A stretch of 64,000 bases of DNA from a virus (lineage: Duplodnaviria > Caudoviricetes). The DNA lies in the IMG/VR virus record IMGVR_UViG_3300031998_000008, positions 1-64,000 of that record. One strand, given 5' to 3'. The position numbers and the translations under genes were made by a program. How positions within the stretch are numbered: the stretch's first letter is position 1; each line of letters starts with the position of its first letter. Shown in pieces: positions 48,591 to 57,000 of the stretch. The notes under the pieces were generated by a model that worked only from the letters and a program-made list of their open reading frames with translations, searched no databases and was not told the origin of the DNA.

Positions 48591-48599
48591 ATAAATAGT
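48591..48599 (-). promoter_or_regulatory. ACTATTTAT putative late-promoter motif
   Basis: Exact copy of recurring motif. Confidence 0.45.
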
Positions 48600-48602
48600 A
48601 CA

Positions 48603-49247
48603 TTACTTCTTAAATTGAATAATACTTGTGATGCTACCTGAACCATGCCATTCACATTCACTATCATCATTAATCAAAATTTCAACAGTCTTGATTTTAT
48701 CAATTAATTCTTTGTTTTCCAATTCAGTTAAATAATCTGAATGTTTATTAAAACATAACAATCCAATTGGGTTTGTTGATAGATTAGTATCATTCGCATG
48801 ATGATGTAAATCTTCAATAATATAGATTCCATCTTCTGAAAGAAGTTCGTTTAGCCAATATAAATTAGTTATTTGATGTTTTTCCTTATGTGAGCCATCA
48901 TCAATTATAATATCAAACTTCATACCATTATTAACCATTTCACTCTTGAACTTGTTAATGTCAACATATGAATCTTGGTCAGCAATATGTATATGTGTAT
49001 TGTAATTTTCAAATGTTTTTGTGTACTCAGCAATATCAATTGCATGTATTTCACAGTCGCCATGGAAAAAGTCATCATACATTCTTAGGCTTCCACCGGC
49101 TTCAACACCGATTTCAAGTATTCTAACATGCCTTTTTTGGTATTTTTCAAAATATCTTTGATAGAACTCAGTATAGGCGTGTTTTTCCCTAAATTCAGTA
49201 CCTTTATCTGTGCCATATTTATTGGCAATCTTCGTTAATACTTCCAT
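48603..49247 (-). CDS. Class I SAM-dependent methyltransferase (sugar O-methyltransferase-like)
   Basis: GTDK, ILEIGV..GGSL, ADQ, FDIIIDDGSH, GIYIIED. Confidence 0.85.
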   Translation of the reverse strand: MEVLTKIANKYGTDKGTEFREKHAYTEFYQRYFEKYQKRHVRILEIGVEAGGSLRMYDDFFHGDCEIHAIDIAEYTKTFENYNTHIHIADQDSYVDINKFKSEMVNNGMKFDIIIDDGSHKEKHQITNLYWLNELLSEDGIYIIEDLHHHANDTNLSTNPIGLLCFNKHSDYLTELENKELIDKIKTVEILINDDSECEWHGSGSITSIIQFKK

Positions 49248-49248
49248 A

Positions 49249-50469
49249 TTATTCTATTTGTTCTGTATCACTTTCCTCGAAATCAACATCTTCTGCACTA
49301 AATTGCATGTCTTTTCCGTTATTTTTAGCAATTTCACTTAATTTTTTCAGAATTTCAGGAATTCTTCTCTTCTTGTATTCTTCTTGAGAATCTTTATCAG
49401 TTCCGATAATTCCGGTATCAGTACAAATAAACTCACCCTCATATGTTACATTGAATGGGCTTGGTAATTGGTTTTTAAGAACCTTAATCTTGGTTTGTGT
49501 ACCATAATTATAAGTAAGGCCCTTTGAAACAGCAGACAATCTCTTAACTGATGATTTTAATTGTCCGCCAAGAAGAATAATAAGTCTTGAACGATAAGTA
49601 ATTGATTTACCACCCTTCATTTCCATGCTCGGTGGAGCAACAGGATTAGTAGTACCATCAAGCCAAATTTTGTTAATCATAACCATTGTATTGGTATATT
49701 TTGCAGAAACTTTTCTTGATGATGGAATTTTATTATCCATAATATCTTGGAATGCGGCAGAAATAGTACCTGCATCGAACATATTGTTACCGACTTTACT
49801 GTTATAAGACTTCAAGCCGCCAATACTACCAACTGAATCCCATAAGAACAAGAATCCTTGGTCAATATCACCATTAGATTGGGCCTCAAGGAATTCATTT
49901 ATTGAATAAACAATGTCTTCAATAACAGCAGAATTTCTCTTTTTACCGCCACGCTTACCTGTTGAATAATCAATATCGCCATATCTTTCCATTAATATAG
50001 CATTATTGAAATATACAAACGGTCCATCATATTCAATAATTCTATTTTCTTTAACAATTGAAATGTCACCAGTTTCAGGGTCAACTACTTCAACATTAAC
50101 ATCACCATAAACAGGTGTTGCATCCATACCCATATCTATAGCATATTGGAAATCAAAGTTGTTCTCAGTATCATAAATAACAGGAACGATTCCTTGCCTT
50201 TGTGCTGATACAATTGCATGGTTTACCAATGTTGATTTACCCGTATTTGGGTGTCCACAAATTGTTGTGACATATCCCTGTGGAAATCCTGGTAATTTTA
50301 TTGCGTCTTGGAATGCCTCAGGCATTAAAATCCAATCAATTGGTTTGTCTGCATTACTTGCATTTTGAATTTCACCCTTTTCAACACTAACGCCAAATCC
50401 CATCTTTGCTTTCAAATCTGAAATCGTGTTCTTCTTTTTAATAGGTGCTTTTTTCTGTGGTTGTGCCAT
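49249..50469 (-). CDS. RecA/UvsX-like recombinase
   Basis: GHPNTGKST Walker A, YDTE, LWDSVGS, MKGG, KVLKNQ. Confidence 0.88.
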   Translation of the reverse strand: MAQPQKKAPIKKKNTISDLKAKMGFGVSVEKGEIQNASNADKPIDWILMPEAFQDAIKLPGFPQGYVTTICGHPNTGKSTLVNHAIVSAQRQGIVPVIYDTENNFDFQYAIDMGMDATPVYGDVNVEVVDPETGDISIVKENRIIEYDGPFVYFNNAILMERYGDIDYSTGKRGGKKRNSAVIEDIVYSINEFLEAQSNGDIDQGFLFLWDSVGSIGGLKSYNSKVGNNMFDAGTISAAFQDIMDNKIPSSRKVSAKYTNTMVMINKIWLDGTTNPVAPPSMEMKGGKSITYRSRLIILLGGQLKSSVKRLSAVSKGLTYNYGTQTKIKVLKNQLPSPFNVTYEGEFICTDTGIIGTDKDSQEEYKKRRIPEILKKLSEIAKNNGKDMQFSAEDVDFEESDTEQIE

Positions 50470-51098
50470 TATAAATCTGTGTTTTCATATAAAGGATTAT
50501 GTGTCTTTTCAAAATAACATCTTCTACACAAAGACACGTATCTATCATCACCTCCAACTTCAATTTGTTCTCCATCGGTGACAACTTCGCCATCCTTATT
50601 TATTCTTGCATTAAATATAGTTTTACTATTACAATAACAGCTTGATTTGATTTCTTCAAAACTGTCAGCTATTTCAAATAATCGTTTTGAACCAGGAAAC
50701 AATTGTGTCCTGAAGTCGGTTCTTAATCCGTAGCATAAAACATTGATTCCGAAATTGTCTGCAATTGCACCCAATTCATCAACTTGCTTTTCAGTCAAGA
50801 ATTGACATTCATCAATCAAAATCCATTTAAGGCCATTTGCTCCGTAGAACAAATCAGCATTAAGGTATTTTGAAATCATTTCATAAAGATTATCGTCAGT
50901 GGAAATACTAACACACTCAATATCACCTATTGCACGTGAATGTATAACATCTTTACCATCCCTATCATCTATTTTACTTTTAAGGACAATAAAAGGTATT
51001 GAATGTACTTTGAAATTATGTGCTGTGGCAATAAGATGTAAACTCTTACCACTACCCATAGCACCGTAATTAAATTTTATCTTACCATGACAACACAT
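50469..51098 (-). CDS. tdk: Thymidine kinase
   Basis: YGAMGSGKS, LIDECQFL, YGLRTDF..LFPGS..L, YVSLCR.C. Confidence 0.96.
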   Translation of the reverse strand: MCCHGKIKFNYGAMGSGKSLHLIATAHNFKVHSIPFIVLKSKIDDRDGKDVIHSRAIGDIECVSISTDDNLYEMISKYLNADLFYGANGLKWILIDECQFLTEKQVDELGAIADNFGINVLCYGLRTDFRTQLFPGSKRLFEIADSFEEIKSSCYCNSKTIFNARINKDGEVVTDGEQIEVGGDDRYVSLCRRCYFEKTHNPLYENTDL

Positions 51099-51101
51099 AT
51101 A

Positions 51102-52088
51102 TTAATAAGGTAAATCATCGTCATTTATTTCCAATGAATTGGCAAATGACTTATTATTGTTTTCGCTTTCTTTAACTTTTTGTTCAGCGTCTTTTATTTC
51201 CTCATTAATTTTAGTTGTGTTAGCGCCATGTTCTTTTTCGTATTCTTCCTTGTCAACCCACATTCCCTTTGATTTATCATACCAAGGAACTCTCATTTGT
51301 GAAACTAAATTAAGATATTCATATGGCTTGCATGTAAAAACTTCTTGCCATTTCTTGTTGTCAAATATCCATTTCTTCATTTGTTCCTCATCTTCTGACA
51401 ATGGGCTTCTATCACCATCATCAATAATGCTTGGTGCTGATTTTTCTGCTGATGTGATTGTTACATTCAAATCACGGCCACTATAAATGTCAAGAATATT
51501 GTTTTCTTTGCCTTTCTTCTTAGCCTCTTCTTCTCTTAACTTGGCCAAATTAAGAATTTGGTTGTACGGGTCAGTTTTGTCCTTTGCTCTGATGTTAAAC
51601 TTCCAGAATTTAACGCCATCGCTTTCCTTTCCACGTTCAATACATCTCACAATAACAGCCTCTTGGCTCTTGAATGCAAGAGATGCTTCTTGTAACGCTT
51701 TTTTCTTAGCAGGGTCTGTTTCTTTTGTTGATTCCAAATAAGCGGTATAGTTCATTTCACAAAATGGACATTTATTGCCATATTTCTCATGGTCAATTCC
51801 TTCCGTCTTATTTAAGCAAATGTAGGATTTATATGGCTTTTCGCCTGGTTTTACCATTTCTTGAGGGACTTTCACGTTGTGAATGTGTATTTTCGCAAAC
51901 GGACTACCTGTTTCCAAGTCCATCGGTAATAACCTTATTGTAAGTGTTTTTTGGTCTTCTCCTTCTGAGAGTCTTACATTTAGGTAGTTTTTTACATCAA
52001 AACCTTCTTTCTTTGGTTTTTGTTCTTCAGTCTTTTCGTTTACAACTGAATCTAAACTAATGTTTGGTAATTCAATTAAGTTACCCAT
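51102..52088 (-). CDS. Single-stranded DNA-binding protein (gp32-like)
   Basis: TIRLLP, H/C..CPFCE Zn site, GVKFW, GRDL, acidic tail DDDLPY. Confidence 0.8.
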   Translation of the reverse strand: MGNLIELPNISLDSVVNEKTEEQKPKKEGFDVKNYLNVRLSEGEDQKTLTIRLLPMDLETGSPFAKIHIHNVKVPQEMVKPGEKPYKSYICLNKTEGIDHEKYGNKCPFCEMNYTAYLESTKETDPAKKKALQEASLAFKSQEAVIVRCIERGKESDGVKFWKFNIRAKDKTDPYNQILNLAKLREEEAKKKGKENNILDIYSGRDLNVTITSAEKSAPSIIDDGDRSPLSEDEEQMKKWIFDNKKWQEVFTCKPYEYLNLVSQMRVPWYDKSKGMWVDKEEYEKEHGANTTKINEEIKDAEQKVKESENNNKSFANSLEINDDDLPY

Positions 52089-52157
52089 AAAATTAAGTAA
52101 ATTTTTTCATAAAATTATTATTTTAAAAGTGTTAATAAATAAAAGTATTTCTTATAT

Positions 52158-52186
52158 AATATACAAAAAATATGCGTAAAAAACAA
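52158..52186 (-). promoter_or_regulatory. sigma70-like promoter TTGTTT-17-TATATT
   Basis: Heads the ssb-tdk-recA-MTase operon. Confidence 0.6.
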
Positions 52187-52216
52187 TTATTGGGCCGCAA
52201 AAAGCAGCCCAATAAT
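52186..52216 (-). terminator. Hairpin, possible terminator
   Basis: ATTATTGGGC..GCCCAATAAT inverted repeat just after stop at 52219. Confidence 0.55.
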
Positions 52217-52218
52217 CA

Positions 52219-53004
52219 TTAATATCCAAATATATCTTTTAATCCAACTTTGTTATTGGCTATATCCTTTGCAATAGAATTATAGTCAACAAAATCGTCT
52301 ATATCTCCTTTTGTTATTTTATATTGTGGGTCATCAGCACCGTTGTTGTCTGAATCATCACTATAGTTTTCAGGAGCATAATTATTCATGTACTCGTTAG
52401 GTGTCATGCTATATGGAGATGATTTAGTTGAACGCATTGTTAATCTTTGCATAGGGGTTGGATTTCTCTTTTCCATTTCGCCTTTAAGACTACCAAGATA
52501 TTGATTTGTGTGTGCATCAATATCGTTAATTCTTTGTTCTATGCTATCAATTGATGACATAAGTCTTTCAAACTTTGATGCTAAAGCATCAACTTTATGT
52601 TCAGTGTCTTCTTGAGCATCTGTTAAATCATCAATTTCAACAACATCATCTTCAGGACCAGGAACACCTTCTCCACCTGCTGCGTTAGGGTCAGCACCCA
52701 TTGCGTTAGGGTCGCCTCCCATACCATCCATAGCAGCGTTTTGGTCAACACCTTGTGGTCCAAAACCTTGTGGCGGTTGAGCACCACCATTAGGGTCAGC
52801 ACCGGCCATTGGGTCAGCACCCATTGCGTTAGGGTCGCCACCGGCCATTGGGTCAGCACCCATTGCGTTAGGGTCGCCGCCATCCATTGGGTCAGCACCC
52901 ATTGCATTTGGGTCGTTTTCATCTTCAACCATTCCGGCTGGTGTTACATACTCAACCAAATGCCTGAAATTACTTCTTATTTCGTTTATATTAGTCTTAG
53001 TCAT
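52219..53004 (-). CDS. Low-complexity Gly/Pro/Asp/Met repeat protein with coiled coil (scaffold-like)
   Basis: DPNAMGADPMAGG repeats followed by heptad region. Confidence 0.75.
   Translation of the reverse strand: MTKTNINEIRSNFRHLVEYVTPAGMVEDENDPNAMGADPMDGGDPNAMGADPMAGGDPNAMGADPMAGADPNGGAQPPQGFGPQGVDQNAAMDGMGGDPNAMGADPNAAGGEGVPGPEDDVVEIDDLTDAQEDTEHKVDALASKFERLMSSIDSIEQRINDIDAHTNQYLGSLKGEMEKRNPTPMQRLTMRSTKSSPYSMTPNEYMNNYAPENYSDDSDNNGADDPQYKITKGDIDDFVDYNSIAKDIANNKVGLKDIFGY
52798..52914 (-). repeat. Three 39-bp tandem repeats encoding DPNAMGADPM(A/D)G(G/A)
   Basis: Near-identical GGGTCAGCACCCATTGCGTTAGGGTCGCC units; a further partial copy near 52681-52720. Confidence 0.9.
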
Positions 53005-53335
53005 TGAGTAATTGCCTATTGTCTTCTGTCAATATTATTTTTGATGATTCGGTTCTTTCAATTAAACCCTTGTCTTTCTTTATAACTTTTGTATCATTCA
53101 AAACGCTTGCTACGTTTTCAGCTGATGCAATTTGTTCTTCTGTCATCATGGCTTTCTTATTTTTTCTACTATTATTTTTTACAGGCTTTTCGCCTTCAAA
53201 ATTTTCCTCGTTTACTACTTTTTCTTCCTCAACAATTGGTTCAACTGACACATTTGGTTCTGAATTTGAATTACTGTAAACCTTTTTGTGTGTCGGCTTT
53301 CCACATTTCTTTACTATAATTTTTATTGAAGACAT
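52997..53335 (-). CDS. Hypothetical protein
   Basis: 112 aa, late-type motif upstream. Confidence 0.7.
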   Translation of the reverse strand: MSSIKIIVKKCGKPTHKKVYSNSNSEPNVSVEPIVEEEKVVNEENFEGEKPVKNNSRKNKKAMMTEEQIASAENVASVLNDTKVIKKDKGLIERTESSKIILTEDNRQLLND

Positions 53336-53351
53336 AATTCACTATTTTAAC

Positions 53352-53360
53352 ATAAATAGT
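53352..53360 (-). promoter_or_regulatory. ACTATTTAT putative late-promoter motif
   Basis: About 17 nt upstream of ATG 53335. Confidence 0.6.
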
Positions 53361-53375
53361 TTCAAAAGAGAAAAA

Positions 53376-53990
53376 CTACGAGTTATTACACTCGTTATCA
53401 TTTGAAAATAAACAAGGTATCAAATAATCATACCCATTAAAAAGAATCCTGACATCCAACGGAATAGAATCTTTGTTTGTGATTACTGTTGTATTACCAT
53501 ATACATTACTCAAGAACATTTTTACATTTTCACCAATATAATTAAGTTCCCTTAACGAAATTCCGTAAACTGTTTTATCGTTATCATAAACATAAACAAT
53601 ACCATTAAAAAGAAACGAAACTATCTTTTTCCCTCCACGGAAAATAATGTTATTAACTAATTGAAAATCAGGTGATAATGTACCATTTATAACAACATTA
53701 ACATACTTATATTGTATTTTCGACTTGAAAATTTCAATAGCATTCTGTATGAAAATTTTAAGCCTTGATTCATATATGTTTCTTTTTTCACGTGGTCCAT
53801 AGGTCCAATAAGTGTTATCATCAATTGACATGTCCAAAATCTTAAAGTTCGGATAATTTTTCTTTGTCAATTCAACACCGACACATAACACAGGGATACC
53901 ATCTATTAAGTCATTTTTGTTGTCAACTACATTGTAAAAAATTTTATCATTAAACAAATTTTTAGTTAAAATATTGGCAATTTTTCTCAT
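53376..53990 (-). CDS. Hypothetical protein
   Basis: 204-aa ORF with TTTG-TATAAT upstream. Confidence 0.75.
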   Translation of the reverse strand: MRKIANILTKNLFNDKIFYNVVDNKNDLIDGIPVLCVGVELTKKNYPNFKILDMSIDDNTYWTYGPREKRNIYESRLKIFIQNAIEIFKSKIQYKYVNVVINGTLSPDFQLVNNIIFRGGKKIVSFLFNGIVYVYDNDKTVYGISLRELNYIGENVKMFLSNVYGNTTVITNKDSIPLDVRILFNGYDYLIPCLFSNDNECNNS

Positions 53991-54030
53991 TGAAAAAGTT
54001 TTTTATTTATTATACAAAAAATTATTTCAT

Positions 54031-54060
54031 AAAAAAAGGCCGTGATTAAATCACGACCTT
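54031..54060 (-). terminator. Intrinsic terminator after tail lysin gene
   Basis: Minus strand AAGGTCGTGATT-T-AATCACGGCCTTTTTTT. Confidence 0.75.
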
Positions 54061-54064
54061 ATTC

Positions 54065-57000
54065 TTATGCAGTTCCTTGCATTCTAAATATATCAATTTC
54101 AGGTGTGTTTAATGCACCATACACATACATCCCATTTTGCTTAAAGTCAGAACACCATCTTGTTCCTGTGTACATGCAAATATGACCAGGATAATCACTG
54201 TCAGTTCCTTTTTTATAAACAGCAATATCACCTTTTTGTGGAACATATCCACCTGCTTGTGAACTTGGTATTGTTGTAATCTTTGTAAACCCGATTGTTG
54301 GAAGGAATGTTGAATATTTATAAGCCCAATCGGGTCTTCCGTGATTACCAGTATAACTATTACTACCATTAGGACTTGTATTAAACCCAACATCTATTGC
54401 AGACCTAACATATGCTGCACAAGCATGTGTTGTTGCTGAATATGAATGTGATTGAATCCATTCGCAAGCGGCATCAATATTATATCCATTAACCGAGCCA
54501 ACATTGTTTTGTGCAGTAGATTCAGTTCCTATAGAATTAATGTAATTAACTATTGCATTAACGTGCATATCAGCAATTGCAGCCAATCCTTCTTCACTTT
54601 CAAGCCATCCTCTACCTGTTTGATATTTTCCGTTTGCATCAGTTGTTTTATATGTACTATCATTGCTCCATGATACATTATTAACTGTATAATCAGCAAA
54701 GAAGTTTTCGGTAAGAATACATGCACAATTTTGTTGTACAGCACCATCTGTACAATTTGGAGTTAACATATAATTGAATAATCCATCACTTTCATATGTA
54801 ACTTTACTAAGCATCCCATCAGGCGCTGTTCTTATTTGGCCATTTCTAACTTTTTGTAACAATTCCTCACCTGCTGCCCTTAAAAATGCAGCAAATCTTC
54901 TGGAATCTTCCCTCTTATATTCATGCGTAGTACAATCAGTCTTATACCACATTACAGGATTACCATTTCTATCGAATTTAAGACTGCCATCTTTGTTTTT
55001 TACTTGATACGTTGTACAACCAGTTGCACGTCCATAAAATACACATAATCTATTTCCACCACACCCATTCCAATGCGGAACAACTGATATAACATTATCA
55101 GAGCCATATTTTGTTACCAAATTTCTAGTTTCAACCATAGAATAGCCCTTTGCGGTTGTGTGTGCTCCTCCTTTATTGCATCTATGTACGTTTTTATTAT
55201 AACTTGTACCGTCTTTAAATGTTTTTGTTCTAAGTCTTGGAATTATATAATTATCAATTAAATTTGTACTCCATGCCCATTCTTTTGATTTTTCAGTATT
55301 TGGCCCATGAGCAGGTGTTATACAAATCAAAGGCTTTTCTCTTGTTATGTTGCTTGGGTCAATATCACTTTCATCAGCACCCGCATTAAAGTTTGGATTA
55401 GGATTTTGATTAACACTTCCAGTTCCTGCTATAGAATTTGCTTCAACATTAGCACCAAGCACAGGTGTATCAGTTGGTGCTTCTGCCGGCTTATCGCTAA
55501 CAAGACTTACAATATCACCATCAGTAAACGGTATCAAATTTCTATTTTGTCTAACCCCAACTATCGTTGTCGTTGCATCACCAGGTGTTATTACATGAGT
55601 TACCTTTTTAATCATGTAAGCGCCTTTCCACAAAGGAACATTGTTCAATTGGAAATACATAGGTGGGAATATTTGCATATCACCCATCATTTCAACAGTA
55701 CACTCATATGCATTGTTTGCATATACCTTATAAATGTCTTGACCATATAATGTAGTTTGTCTTACAGTTTCAGAACCTTTTGCCGCAATTTGGAATGTTG
55801 CATTTAATCCTGCTTCTGTTACACCGTATTGTCCTGTTGATAACTTTATATCCTTAAAATATGATTGATTACCCTTACCAAAAGTTACGCCAAATGCAGG
55901 AACACCATATCCAAAATCGTTATTATCAAATAACGCTCCAACAATCTCATCATCAGTAAAACTAAACCCATCACCATCAGGGGACCATCCATTCATATCA
56001 ATATTGCTTGTTGAAGAATCACCAAGATGTTCGGATGGTTTATATGTATAAAGAAACATATATGTATATGAGTTGTCATCCCATTTTTGACATGATGGTA
56101 TTGGCGTAAAAATAGTTTTTATATCTTCTGTGTTGTTAAACATAAACCTTTGTGGTATAGCTATAAGCATACCACCGCAATCTTGAGCAACTTCTGTTAA
56201 AAATTCATACAATGACCTTGAATTATAATTCATAGTGCCCTCATGCTCATTTATTGCTGCTGAAGGAATGCTTGTTGTAATCCAGTCTGCAACTTTTGTT
56301 AAATTAACCCTTAAATTATATCCAATATCACGGTATAAACTATCCATGTATATGAAATTATCAAGTTCATACAATCCTGAATCACCATCATATATTGTCT
56401 TATTTCCAACATTTCCACCATAACTAAAATCAGAAGACCTTGAACTCCTAGTAGAACGTGCTATTTTCCATGTGTTTTCTCCCTTTGTAGCACCACAAAT
56501 CCATTTATTATATAGTGATTTAAGCGTCATATACGTACTAAGCCTTAAATCTTCACTCTTAAACGGGTCTTCGTTCATTTCCATTTCCGTGAATGCCTTT
56601 CCGATTTCATCATTACTTGCGACTGCTATTTTACCATATACCCTATTCAATTGGTCCATGAAGTTTCTGAATCCGTTTTTAAAATCAGCAACCTCAACAA
56701 CCATATCCTGTCCATAGAAACCGCCATAATAATCAAACACGGTACATACACTTAAAAGAAGTTTCTTTAAAAATCTTTGAAGTTTTTTTGCATTATATAC
56801 ATTATTTGAATCAGACTCAAGGCCAACACTCATCTTAACAAAATTAAGATTCAATGGCTCACCATATACAAGACTGCCATCTTGTCTTGGTAAACGTAAA
56901 TTCAAATCTTCAAGAACATCAAGATTTTCTGAAAACTCAGTTTCTGCCCAATGTTCAAAATATTTTTTCAAATATACCTTTCTTGAATCAGATATGTTGT

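Noticed and set aside
52681-52914. GC-rich repeats as a CRISPR array
   Set aside because: Units are contiguous, in frame and have no unique spacers, so this is a coding tandem repeat
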